Position numbers and translations under genes: made by a program. A DNA stretch of 64,000 bases, from assembly GCF_001194135.2 (NCBI RefSeq), contig NC_068990.1, positions 80,348,453 through 80,412,452 on the forward strand. Reading direction: 5' to 3'. Within the stretch, counting starts at the first letter, position 1; each line of letters opens with the position of its first letter. This document shows positions 13,496 to 26,624 of the stretch, in pieces. A model generated the notes under the pieces. That model had not been told where the DNA came from and made no database searches. It saw nothing but the letters and a program-made list of their open reading frames with translations. This DNA is from Octopus bimaculoides. Taxonomy: Eukaryota.

Positions 13496-13728
13496 TATTT
13501 CTTTACTGCCCACAAGGGGCTACACACAGAGGGGACAAACAAGGACAGACAAAGGGATTAAGTCGATTACATCGACCCCAGTGCGTAACTGGTACTTAAT
13601 TTGTCGACGCTGAAAGAGTGAAAGGCAAAGTCGACCTCGGCGGAATTTGAACTCAAAACGTAAAGACAGACGAAATACTGCTAAGCATTTCGCCCGACGT
13701 GCTAATATTTCTGCCAGTTCGCCGCCTT
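13496..13728 (-). mobile_element. Full-length SINE 'tail A' type (5' half of a heterodimer)
   Basis: Head aaggcggcgaactggcagaaatattagcacg, B-box gagttcaaattcc, tail ccccttgtgggcagtaaagaaata. Confidence 0.95.
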
Positions 13729-14933
13729 TTCCTGTATGAATATTACCCATTCCCAGATAACATTTAGGCCAATCATTATATCTGAAGTTTAGTTTGTAAC
13801 AAGATTTCCTTCCTATAACACAGTCCTCCATGGATGAAACACTTTCAGATTCTTTCATTTACCATACAATGCGCAAGCCTGCTTATATCAGTCAGCTGCG
13901 TCAAAAGAGGCTGCTGTACTTACAATTTTAATCAGTTGAAGCTTTCAACATCACTTACCACAGCCAGGAAATACGTACATTTTGTTCAATTCACCTTAGC
14001 TGAAAACTCCCTAACTGTTTAACATGCTTTTAGTATCATGTCTATATTTCATAGCCATAGAGGAAAAAAGACACATCATGTGTTTAAAAAGAGGCAATTT
14101 AGTATAATTTGTTATATATCATTGAGCCTAAAGTAAAGATTATAATCTTCCAAAATATATTCAGAGCTTCTGAATTTTATTCGCAGTTACGCCAATATTG
14201 TCTCATTATTTTACATATTTTCTAAGGCACTTTGAAGACGATATATTGCTCACAGTTTTGCCATGCATCATTACTTGAGAAAGCACTCTAGAATATGGAT
14301 GATACATAGTTTTATCAAGATTTATTGTGATGTCTTGCATATAACACGCTAATGTAAAGTGTTTGATCTCACAATGAAATTTATTGTTAGGAGATTAACG
14401 GTGTTTTTCAATATGTGAGGTAATAATATAGTCATGATGTTTAAATTGGGCTGTTACCAGAGATAAATTTGCAATATAGCCGGTATACCTTTAATGTTAG
14501 TGGGTTTTCTTTTTTAAAGTTTGTCGAAAGAAAGTCTTATTTCAGTAATATTATAAGTTTTTTCCAAAAGGTATTTTAATGAAATTTCATGAATGAGTAT
14601 TCAAAATGGCTACTCAATTCTTGAGAATTATTTTATCAATGACTTTTGGCCTTATATATTGTCATTAATTAGTGCAAGTATTCTATGACCATTTCATTAT
14701 TTTGAACCGTTAATCCCTACACATATATTTCTATCTCCGTTTTCTTTTTTGGTTCTGCTGCAAGCTATATCGCCTAATTTCACTACATGCTAAATGGTCT
14801 AAGAACGATCTGCTGGCATTCCTCAACGTTTCATGTCAAAGAATTAGAAACAACTCAAGATATATAAACAAAATCGAACATACATACACAATGTTTGTGA
14901 GTGTTGTTCTTAAAGCATTTAGCAGATAGACAT

Positions 14934-15298
14934 CGTGGCACTCTGTCGGTTACGACGACGAGGGTTCCAATTCATCCAATCAACGAAAAAGCCGGCTCGT
15001 GAAATTAACGTGTAAGTGGCTGAGCACTTCACAGACACGTGTGCCCTTAACGTAGTTCTCGGGGAAATTCAGCGTGATACAGTGTGGCCCTTTGAAATAC
15101 ACGTACAACAGAAACAGGAAGAAACAGAGAGAGGAAGTTGTGGTGAAACAGTATAGGGTTCACCCCCTTTCCCTGCCGGAGCCTCGTGCAGCTTTAGGTG
15201 TTTTCGTTCAATAAACACTTACAACGATCGGTCTGGGAATCGAAACCACGATCCTACGACTGCGAGTCCGCTGCCCTAACCGCTGGGTTATAGCGCCT
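14934..15298 (-). mobile_element. tRNA-derived SINE of a second family (Arg-like head)
   Basis: Minus strand starts aggcgctataacccagcggttagggcagcggactcgcagtcgtaggatcgtggtttcgattcccagacc (A box, TCG in the anticodon-like position, B box), followed by about 300 bp of non-tRNA body ending cgtcgtaaccgacagagtgccac. Fits the tRNA-Arg-derived octopus SINEs as I recall them. Confidence 0.85.
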
Positions 15299-15347
15299 CA
15301 ACATATAGACATAGCAATCGATATAGCTTGCAGCAGGCCTTTTTCAG

Positions 15348-15423
15348 TATGTGGCATTAATATGTCAAAACAATGAGGAAACATCGGTTTCTATCACCCC
15401 GAAAAAGAAAAAAAGGACCGGAT
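15348..15423 (+). CDS. Candidate internal coding exon (phase 0 to 1): YVALICQNNEETSVSITPKKKKRTG
   Basis: Acceptor cctttttcag|, donor |gtaagt, and only one of three frames is open. No homology recognised. Confidence 0.3.
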
Positions 15424-17179
15424 GTAAGTTGTCTCACTTGCCTATGACGTACTTTCAGGTGTTTTACACCAGGGGAATTGNNNNNNNNNNNNNNNNNNNN
15501 NNNNNNNNNNNNNNNNNNNNNNNNNNNNNNNNNNNNNNNNNNNNNNNNNNNNNNNNNNNNNNNNNNNNNNNNNNNNNNNNNNNNNNNNNNNNNNNNNNNN
15601 NNNNNNNNNNNNNNNNNNNNNNNNNNNNNNNNNNNNNNNNNNNNNNNNNNNNNNNNNNNNNNNNNNNNNNNNNNNNNNNNNNNNNNNNNNNNNNNNNNNN
15701 NNNNNNNNNNNNNNNNNNNNNNNNNNNNNNNNNNNNNNNNNNNNNNNNNNNNNNNNNNNNNNNNNNNNNNNNNNNNNNNNNNNNNNNNNNNNNNNNNNNN
15801 NNNNNNNNNNNNNNNNNNNNNNNNNNNNNNNNNNNNNNNNNNNNNNNNNNNNNNNNNNNNNNNNNNNNNNNNNNNNNNNNNNNNNNNNNNNNNNNNNNNN
15901 NNNNNNNNNNNNNNNNNNNNNNNNNNNNNNNNNNNNNNNNNNNNNNNNNNNNNNNNNNNNNNNNNNNNNNNNNNNNNNNNNNNNNNNNNNNNNNNNNNNN
16001 NNNNNNNNNNNNNNNNNNNNNNNNNNNNNNNNNNNNNNNNNNNNNNNNNNNNNNNNNNNNNNNNNNNNNNNNNNNNNNNNNNNNNNNNNNNNNATATATA
16101 TATATATATATATATACATACATATATATACATACGTACCCATATATACAATTATTCCCGCACATATAATATATGTGTATGTGTGTAAACTTGTATGTCT
16201 CAGCATACCAATCAGCGTATGTGTTTTGCATATTCAGGAATGTATAGAGAAAATAGATATGCATGATAAATTGCAATGAAATGTATATAATTCCTCTCAT
16301 ATACAATTCAATATGTCCTAGCAATTTCTCTTAGTCAAATCCTAATTGAACAACATTCCATAATAATTTCAGAGGAATGCATTTCTCTATGATGAACTGA
16401 AAAACAAAAATCACACACAGATAAACAACAATGTAAAAGAAATAGATAAAAAGGGAAGAAGTAAATGAAACAAGCGACCTAAATTATCTACAAATTATAA
16501 TTTTTAGTCTGCTTTGCTTTGAAAATAGAAACTGCAATATTCGCTTTCTTCTTGAAATAGCGATCATTACAATAGATTTCCAAGCAGGAAAATGCTAATG
16601 CCGTTAATGAGGAACAGACATTTCCCGAGCTGATGAATATAATAGGTTAAAGTGAAGACAATCTTCATTATGTCTAGATAATGTAGATAGCTGACGGGTT
16701 ACAGCGTTCCATTGGAAACCATCTCTTGTTCATTCCAGAATAGCATTAATGCATAATTACGGTTGAAACTAAATTAAATAATATTCTTTTTTTTAATTTG
16801 GATAAAAAGTAACGCATTCTGATTATGAGTCTTTTTTTGCAAACTTATGTATTCGATTTCAGTTCAAGTGGGCAAGGGTCCTCTACTATATAACAACGCT
16901 TTATGATTATTGATATTCCAAGGGGCGCAACTTAGCCTTAGATGCCTTTGCGTTAGCACACCTCTCAATAAAATGTACAGTAGCTAGTGGACATATTTAG
17001 GTATAAAGCAAGACAATCTGGCGATTAGAAAAGAGTGCACAATTTGGTACGTCTTGTAAGATACCTTACCTTCAACATGAAACTAGGTTTCTCAGCAAAT
17101 ATTTAAGATAGTACGCACGCACAAATGCGCAAACATACGCTTACACAGACCCATACACCCCCACATGCATATGTATGTG

Positions 17180-17180
<1 letters not shown>

Positions 17181-17242
<62 letters not shown>

Positions 17243-17243
17243 T
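17181..17243. repeat. (TATC)n microsatellite
   Basis: Directly visible. Confidence 0.98.
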
Positions 17244-18258
17244 TTTCTGCCTATCTATCTGTCTGCCTATGTGTGTGTGTGCACACGTTGAATTACTGAG
17301 TTCGAGGTGGAATGTGCAGGTACGTGAAAAATACACTCAAATGGGACATCCTATTGCATGAACATCAGTGGCCACATGATCTCCTTTTACATGATTTACA
17401 GTTACATTTTTCATGATAGCAAGTTTTGATAAAAAGATGTAGAACTTCAAATATGTGAAATGTAATGTCTCCTTGTTTGTCAGATCTCTCTGCTAGTATA
17501 TAATTTTACGTGGCTTAGATAGTTGTAATTAGTGCTTTAGGAAATGCCGGTAAGCTATGGGGTTCCGTATGGTTAGGTACATTGAGTAAACGAAATGAAA
17601 GAAATTAGCAATGTTTATGAGGTAATCTAATAAAGTGAAAACGCAAAGTCTATAAAATGAGTAATACCATCTCCTAGCTAACTGGGGACTTTAGCGGAAG
17701 TCCCTCTGTTTGACGTCCTGCAGTTTTCCGGAAGGTAAACATCTTTATATCTCTTTACATAGCTTCTTACACATGTTGTGTACTTTACGCATCAGCTTTC
17801 CGTTGAACGATATTTTAGATGGATGTCCTTCTGGGCAGCACCTTGGGAGACTGCTTATTATATGCCGTATAATTCGTATCCTCTAATCAATTGAACTCGT
17901 GACTATCTCTTCAGAGAATACAGGATATCGAGAATCGCTAATATGATATAATGTTGAGCTATTGATAGAGATGGAAATAAAGCTATTGTCAACTTATAAT
18001 CGTAGCCACACCCTCTTCTAGCCACAAAAACGTGAAACCAAATCAGACCGGAGTAAACCAGACGAGACGAATCGAAACCAAACTAAACCAAAACCAAACT
18101 CATTATGAAACTGCCTACGATATACAGTAACGATAAAACATAATTCAATTAACTTGTGCCAACCTGAACATTCCATACATTTTTACTAATATCCAAACCA
18201 CACATGTCGTTTCTTTCTAAGAATAAATTCCTTATCCCGTTATATATAAACGACCTTT

Positions 18259-18528
18259 GCAGTTGTGGTCGATGAAACAGGTGGTAGTAGTACCAGCAAT
18301 TATTGGAGCCCTAGGAACAGTGAGTAAAAATCTTAGGAGGTACATGGAATAAATAGGGGCTGCAATAAGAGTGGAGCACTTGCAGAATACAGCACTGCTT
18401 AGAATCGCTCGAATACTCCGGAAAGTGCTCGAAAAATAAGAGGTGCTACATTAGTTCACTGGTAGTGAACAGCTGACACCATAGTACATCTCCAGCATTA
18501 GAAGCTGTGCAAAGGCAATAATAACAAC

Positions 18529-18600
<72 letters not shown>
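18259..18600 (+). mobile_element. 3' end of an R4/Dong-like (restriction-like endonuclease) LINE with (AAT)n tail
   Basis: QLWSMKQVVVVPAIIGALGTVSKNLRRYME*IG...LQNTALLRIARILRKVLEK* is the typical REL C-terminus (PxxIGALG...LQKxALLGTARILRKVL). Stop at 18437-18439, short 3' UTR, then (AAT)n about 18517-18600. Confidence 0.88.
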
Positions 18601-18601
<1 letters not shown>

Positions 18602-18773
18602 CGAAAGAGAACAGCTGGTTCGACGCATGATTGTGACTATCCGATGAACTGGAATGTAAAATACTGAGTAACAGCTTTTGTGATGTTTTGCAGCTATAAT
18701 ATAAAAAGCATACTCTACCTTCGGTATTCGAGTTCTGTTGTTTCCAACTTGTTTTATGTTTATGTGCTTATTC

Positions 18774-18809
<36 letters not shown>

Positions 18810-19067
18810 NNNNNNNNNNNNNNNNNNNNNNNNNNNNNNNNNNNNNNNNNNNNNNNNNNNNNNNNNNNNNNNNNNNNNNNNNNNNNNNNNNNNNNNNNNN
18901 NNNNNNNNNNNNNNNNNNNNNNNNNNNNNNNNNNNNNNNNNNNNNNNNNNNNNNNNNNNNNNNNNNNNNNNNNNNNNNNNNNNNNNNNNNNNNNNNNNNN
19001 NNNNNNNNNNNNNNNNNNNNNNNNNNNNNNNNNNNNNNNNNNNNNNNNNNNNNNNNNNNNNNNNNNN

Positions 19068-19098
<31 letters not shown>

Positions 19099-19174
19099 TC
19101 ATGTGTATGGAGATATATATTTGTATACATACACATACAAGCGATTATGTACAAATATATACAGATATGTTTAT

Positions 19175-19220
<46 letters not shown>

Positions 19221-20224
19221 ACACATATATATTTAAACAACTATGTGCAATTAATAAATGAGACCAGTCATCATCTACTCAGATCAATCTATATATTATA
19301 AGGTTTAGAATCTGTGCCTAGAACCAAATGTCTTATTCGTTTGAATTCAAAATTTGAAGAAGTTCCATAATACTATTAACGTAATTGAAACATTGAAAAA
19401 AAATTGTGTTTGTTATTGTGTATTTTCCTTCATTGTTTTTCTGATTATTCCGTATATACAGGTGTATGATAATTGCATAATTTGGCATAACATAGAGTGC
19501 CACAAATCAGTGAAATTTAATTAGTAAAGTACTTTTACTAAAATTTTCCAAATTCTTAGAATACCATGTTATTTAAACAAATGATTTTCGTGGAGTAAAG
19601 AATCGTTTAACGATTTAATTAAATTTTTCAATGTAATTATTATATCATTGATTTCCCCCTTTACCGCCGACATATAATAAATTCTTGAACTGTTACAGAT
19701 CTGATTTTGTTTAAATATTGTTGTTATTCAGAGGGCATTACACGTAAAATATTTGAGTGCAACGATTTAGGGAAATTCATGCATACAAGGCGAGCAGCCT
19801 GGCGTATATAGTAGCATGAAGAAGCATAAACTATTAGATTTTTTGTAAACAATTAAAATATTTGAAAACCATTTAAACATCTGAATGACATTTTCTCTGT
19901 GCGCATCAGTTGTATATTGAGCAAAGTATAACATTTGTAAGGAGATGATTTGTAACTGGAACAGCTAGGAAATTAAAGGGTGTAGTAATTATATTAAAAA
20001 CTCATGTAAATGTTTCCTAGAACATTATAATTCATTTAGTTACAAATGTAACCATAAAACACAGAAGACATATTTCTCAAATACGAACAATAATCTAGTT
20101 TCGTGCATACATAAATATCTCATGAAAATATTACGTAAACACAAGCTCACACACACAGATACTACACACACATACTCACACACACATACACAAACACACA
20201 AATTACACATATACAAATGCAAAC

Positions 20225-20264
<40 letters not shown>

Positions 20265-21089
20265 TTGCTTAAAAGAGTTCCAACACTGTCTGTTTTTTAT
20301 GTTTTATTTATATTCCTGCAGAACTAATGTGGGGTATAGAATATGGAATATACAATATATAATATGATATACAATATACAATATAAAATAAAATAAAATA
20401 AAAATGGATGGCACCATGAAAGAAAGTATTGAATGTAGATGAAATATTGAGTGTTCAATATAAAGGATCAAATATATAAATATATAAATATAAATATATA
20501 TATNNNNNNNNNNNNNNNNNNNNNNNNNNNNNNNNNNNNNNNNNNNNNNNNNNNNNNNNNNNNNNNNNNNNNNNNNNNNNNNNNNNNNNNNNNNNNNNNN
20601 NNNNNNNNNNNNNNNNNNNNNNNNNNNNNNNNNNNNNNNNNNNNNNNNNNNNNNNNNNNNNNNNNNNNNNNNNNNNNNNNNNNNNNNNNNNNNNNNNNNN
20701 NNNNNNNNNNNNNNNNNNNNNNNNNNNNNNNNNNNNNNNNNNNNNNNNNNNNNNNNNNNNNNNNNNNNNNNNNNNNNNNNNNNNNNNNNNNNNNNNNNNN
20801 NNNNNNNNNNNNNNNNNNNNNNNNNNNNNNNNNNNNNNNNNNNNNNNNNNNNNNNNNNNNNNNNNNNNNNNNNNNNNNNNNNNNNNNNNNNNNNNNNNNN
20901 NNNNNNNNNNNNNNNNNNNNNNNNNNNNNNNNNNNNNNNNNNNNNNNNNNNNNNNNNNNNNNNNNNNNNNNNNNNNNNNNNNNNNNNNNNNNNNNNNNNN
21001 NNNNNNNNNNNNNNNNNNNNNNNNNNNNNNNNNNNNNNNNNNNNNNNNNNNNNNNNNNNNNNNNNNNNNNNNNNNNNNNNNNNNNNNNN

Positions 21090-21137
<48 letters not shown>

Positions 21138-21138
<1 letters not shown>

Positions 21139-21980
21139 AGGGTGCGATAGGTAAATTGCGGCCATTCTATATTTTTAATCTCACGCATGCCCATTGTTTA
21201 TTTTTGATTTTGTCATCTACTCAGAATAGTAGAGTCAGTTGAGCACCGTCTTTAAGGAAAATAGCACCATGACGCAATTCTGCCTGCCAGAAATTTGGAA
21301 ACGATATACTGTACTGCTCGGAATTCATGCCGAAGCTCCAAAACGAATATTTTCAGTTTGTTTGGGTATCGATCTGAGGACAGTGCAATCAGAACAGATG
21401 TTCTGAGAGTGATAAAAATCAAACACCCAGTAAAATATCATGGTGCGTGGTATGATCATTAGTGATGCCGACCTTATAGCTCCATTCATGTTTCAATACA
21501 GCCCCAGACTCAACACGGATGCCTATATCGAATGCTTAGAGTAGGTAGTGCTGCTCTGCGCCAAGAGGGTTGTTGCTGGGAGACACCTCTGCTTGGCAAC
21601 AGGACACTGTACCTTGCCACACAAGCAGGAGAATCCAGTCATGGCTGTCAGACAATTTCTACGATAACACCACCCCTAACATCTGTCCACGTGACTCTCC
21701 AGACTGCAGCCCTCTTGTTTATTACGCGTGTAGTGCAGCTGAGTGAAAAACCAAGATAAGCTGAAGGCAAGGATTATGGCAGCGTTCACCAACTTAAACA
21801 CGCAGACCGTCCAGAAGAGTTGCAGGAGTTTCCAAAGTCTTGTTGAGGCCGGGATCAAAGCCAATGCTGACTTTATTGAATAAATTTACTCTTTAGTATT
21901 TCAAGATATCATTATGCAATTTTGGTAAATATATCTGTCAAATTGCGTAATTTAGACGACAGTTTATCCACCGCACCCTG
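21138..21980 (+). mobile_element. Internally deleted, decayed Tc1/mariner-superfamily DNA transposon
   Basis: Imperfect TIRs (tagggtgcgataggtaaattg ... cagtttatccaccgcaccctg). ATG at 21269 opens MTQFCLPEIWKRYTVLLGIH, then the relic jumps to IKHPV-MV, WQQDTVPCHTSRRIQSWLSDNF and SPDCSPLVYY (degenerate QDxAPxH and SPDxNPxDY catalytic motifs), and ends DKLKARIMAAFTNL...[12 protein letters not shown]. Confidence 0.9.
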
Positions 21981-21984
21981 CCTA

Positions 21985-22015
21985 TACATATATATGCGCG
22001 TGTGTGTGTGTGCGT

Positions 22016-22100
<85 letters not shown>

Positions 22101-22163
22101 CATACATATATCCACATATACATACACATATATTTATATACATATATACATATACACACACAC

Positions 22164-22197
<34 letters not shown>

Positions 22198-22208
22198 GCT
22201 TATCTGTG

Positions 22209-22244
<36 letters not shown>

Positions 22245-22290
22245 CACATACATATGCTTGCACATACACACAAACACAGACACACACACA
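21985..22290. repeat. Compound (CA)n/(TA)n microsatellite
   Basis: Directly visible. Confidence 0.95.
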
Positions 22291-23599
22291 GACCCACACA
22301 CCAATATGTACATAGTTACTTGCCTCCCTTCCATTGAATTGGTCTCCTTCGAAACGAAACGCCAATTAATCTACTCACCATTTTCAGTCCGTCAGCTGAT
22401 AGCCATATGCAAGGAGCGAGATTGCTCTCTTAATTCACTTTTTTTTTTCTTTCTTAAACCAGTTCTTCCTGATCTCTTTTCATCTTCTTCTACTATCTTT
22501 AGAAGAACAATGTCTGAAATGTTATAGTCAGCATCTTAGTTTACACTTTCTCTCAGATGTCTTTTGTTCTTCGCAATATCGATGCATACACCAACGCGCA
22601 CATACATGTGTGTCTGTGTATATACACACACGCACACGCATACATACATACCCGCATAAATACATGCATAAATACCTACCTACATATATATATATATATA
22701 TATATANNNNNNNNNNNNNNNNNNNNNNNNNNNNNNNNNNNNNNNNNNNNNNNNNNNNNNNNNNNNNNNNNNNNNNNNNNNNNNNNNNNNNNNNNNNNNN
22801 NNNNNNNNNNNNNNNNNNNNNNNNNNNNNNNNNNNNNNNNNNNNNNNNNNNNNNNNNNNNNNNNNNNNNNNNNNNNNNNNNNNNNNNNNNNNNNNNNNNN
22901 NNNNNNNNNNNNNNNNNNNNNNNNNNNNNNNNNNNNNNNNNNNNNNNNNNNNNNNNNNNNNNNNNNNNNNNNNNNNNNNNNNNNNNNNNNNNNNNNNNNN
23001 NNNNNNNNNNNNNNNNNNNNNNNNNNNNNNNNNNNNNNNNNNNNNNNNNNNNNNNNNNNNNNNNNNNNNNNNNNNNNNNNNNNNNNNNNNNNNNNNNNNN
23101 NNNNNNNNNNNNNNNNNNNNNNNNNNNNNNNNNNNNNNATATATATATATATATATAAATATATATATATATATTCTTGAATATATTTAAAATATTGATG
23201 TTGGTCAAATGGAATGGAGAACTTTTTTCGAAGTTCCTATATAAAGGTGGAGAAAATATTCAAATTTTCCACGGAAATGGAATGAATGAATGAAATAAAC
23301 ACAAATAGACTGTAATAAAATAGAATATATACGTTATTACGCTTCGAAATTTATCGTCTTATGCTTCAGAATGCCTAATCGTTTAATGTAGGGGTAAAAC
23401 ATTCCCAGCATTAGACGAACATTTCTCAAATCTAATAACGTATTTAGTTTATTTTTCTTTTTTATTTTATTTCATCTTATTATTTTTTTTTGTACTTCAT
23501 TCCACTTAATTATATTTCCTTGGAAATTTTAAAGAGTTTCTGTGCCTGTATATAAGTAAACAAAGGAACGATTCCTCCTTTAATTTTGATTGGCATTAT

Positions 23600-23674
23600 C
23601 ATTATTATTATCATTATTATTATTATTATTATTATTACCAATATACCTTTCTACACCTTATCAAAATGTCTCCT

Positions 23675-23769
<95 letters not shown>

Positions 23770-23772
23770 CTG
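23600..23772. repeat. (ATT)n followed by (TATC)n(TGTC)n
   Basis: Directly visible. Confidence 0.95.
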
Positions 23773-24133
23773 CATCTCTATATACGTCCTACAATAAATT
23801 TATGGCCAGAATAATAAAACGCAACGCTAACCTAACTTCTAATATCTTCTTGGATCAGTAACCTAAATAATTGATAATATTAATGTTACTCTCTAGATAA
23901 TATCTTGACTTTCACCCGATTAAACAAAGATATTAGATTATCAATGAAAGACTAATCAATGTTTATCTACGTATTAGCCAATGATTCTTTCATTTCTGAA
24001 AAGTCTACGGTCTCGCTCGCAATTTTCCATCAAGATTATCTCATATTTGTACTACAGGGTTACGTTTCTGAGCATCCCATTTCAGAGATACGATTCCATG
24101 AGGCTAAAGTCTGTGATCGTTTTGGATAAGACT

Positions 24134-24470
24134 GGTTTACTCGTCAATGTCTACATTGTAAAAGATGAATATTTGACAGTAATATATTATTGAATTTAAA
24201 TTACACAACAAAAATAGCTACCTTGAGGTACACGCCTCCCATGTTGTCCCTATGTTATAACTCCTCTCGGTTGTGTGTATTCATTACAGAAAATCTTTCT
24301 CCATGGGGTTAAAGACCCTAACCCATTTGCAAAAGTGTGGTTTTCTCGTCAACACATTCATTGTAAAAGATGAATATTTGACAGTATTTTATTATTGCAT
24401 TTAAATTATACAACAAAAATAGGTACTCTAAGGTACATGTCTATCATGTTGTCCCTACGTTATAACTCCT
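24134..24470 (+). repeat. Diverged direct duplication of about 125 bp, period about 205 bp
   Basis: 24141-24265 and 24346-24470 share cattgtaaaagatgaatatttgacagta, tttaaattaNacaacaaaaatag, catgttgtcccta and gttataactcct. Confidence 0.92.
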
Positions 24471-24809
24471 CCCGTCCATCTCTATATTAGTTAATTCTGT
24501 TTAATTTTCGAATCATTTTGTTCTTTCTGGTAAATCTTTGTAAATATGCAGACAATTTCCAATACTGCTCTTGCAGAATGTGGCTGTTTAACCATGGAAT
24601 TTACCACTCATCTACCTGTTCCCTTTCCCTTGCAAACGTTTACTACAACCTCTTTCTCTCTCGACAATTTTCCCCTAGAATATGCTATGCATTGTTTCAG
24701 GATTAATATTGTAACTTTGAAATAATTTTCCATTAGATTTCTCTCACTTGTAGTTAGTGCTTTGTCGAAGTAGAATTTAAAAGCAGAATATACAGAATAC
24801 ATACATACA

Positions 24810-24950
24810 GATGCACACACATACGAAAATATATACATATGCATACACACACATATATACATACACACATGCATACATACATACATATATACATACATAC
24901 ATATATACATACATGCATGCATACATGCATACATACATACATGCATGCAT
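24810..24950. repeat. Degenerate (CATA)n
   Basis: Directly visible. Confidence 0.9.
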
Positions 24951-25231
24951 AGGTATACAAACACTCACCCCTACACATGCGCACAAATAACAAACAAGGA
25001 ACGCAGTGTAAATAACGAATAGAGTCAAGACTATTGAAAAGGTTGCAAGACGCAACGAAAATTCTAGGAAAATGAAAATAAGAAATGAGTGGAAATTTTA
25101 CCGGTGAATGTGTTGAATAATAAGGCACAAAAAGAAACTGCTTCTCCCGAGACACAACAGAATATGCTTCAACACATGAGCTCACATTAAGAACCTTGCA
25201 AACCGAATCCCAAAACGAAAAATAAATATAT

Positions 25232-25235
<4 letters not shown>

Positions 25236-25306
<71 letters not shown>

Positions 25307-25324
25307 CACACACACACACACACA
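25236..25324. repeat. (CA)n microsatellite (others at 12820, 19176, 26143, 27782, 29190)
   Basis: Directly visible. Confidence 0.97.
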
Positions 25325-26143
25325 CTAAAATACAAGGCATCCACAATTTATTTAAAGGATATTTTGGGGCTTATGAACCTTACATATTTTCTAGCTTATA
25401 TATGTTGTTTGCTGAATTAAACTTTGTTTGAAATGTGTGAAACCTGCTCCTGGGTTATATGTTTTATCACCTTTCTAATCCATTTATATATGTATATATG
25501 TCCTTACCTCATAGCGTTTTTATATCTCCTTCATTCTGGGAAGATATAAAATTTTTGTATATCTTTCAAAATTGAAATTAAATTATGTGGCTTTGAATCG
25601 TGATTCTAAAACATTTCACTTACATGCAAAAGGTTTGTAGCAAAATTAGCGAATAAATAAATAAAGGAAAAAAATGAGAGATAAAACATAAAAAGTAAAT
25701 TATGATACATAATTTTCATAGCAACAACGTCTAATTTATGTTTCAATACTTTATATCTTGTTTAATATTTCCTCATACTTCCACGTTGCTGCAATTAATA
25801 TAAAAAGCAAGTCATATTAAAATTTAATATGCAAACTGATGTAAAATAGTTGTCATTGTTAATTGTATAAAATAATAAATATATACATAGTTAGGTGGAA
25901 ACGTTTTGAACGGAGCTTAATTATTTGAAGCAAATGAATCCCTATTTTCAAATTTGCTCCGGTAAAATTCGTTTAAGCACATATATATATTGGATTATTT
26001 CGCAGCAGAATTATTATAACGGCGGAAATCATGTGAATGCGTTACTTTCTCTGTGTATGTGTGTGCGCTTGATTATTGCTAATTCATGTTATCTATGTAT
26101 CTATCTATTTGTCTATATATGTATGTACATATGTTCTGTATGT

Positions 26144-26175
<32 letters not shown>

Positions 26176-26589
26176 ACACAGACACACAAAGACACACACA
26201 CACTCACACACGCACACACACACATATACATATGTGTTGTATGTATATATGTATGTATGAGTGTATGGTTATATACATATGACTGTAGAAACATGCATAA
26301 TTATGTCCAGTTATGGGCTTTATATAACTATATATTCTGATTAGACATATATCTATATATCGGCATTACCGATTGAAAGGGCTCCACAAACTTTGCCTAT
26401 GAGCCTGTTTAACTAGTCTAATACTTTTTACTTAGTGTTTTGAAGCAAGAATACATTTCTTTTCAAAACAAAGCAGCAAGTATGTTGGTTTCCACAATTT
26501 GATACAAAATTCAACGAAGAGAATTCCTGATTGTTAGTATTATGAATAAAAGATTAAATTATAAGAGCCAGTTAAGGAGATAGATCGTC

Positions 26590-26624
26590 TGTCAAAGAGT
26601 ACATCTTTTTGGGACACCCTGTAT
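26590..26624 (-). mobile_element. Possible solo Tc1/mariner-type terminal repeat
   Basis: Reverse strand reads TA-cagggtgtcccaaaaagatgtactc; no partner TIR found. Confidence 0.4.

Noticed and set aside
15230-15298. tRNA-like sequence with TCG (also SINE heads at 13650-13728, 36390-36455, 59070-59160)
   Set aside because: These are SINE heads continuing into repeat bodies, without an intact acceptor stem; not tRNA genes.
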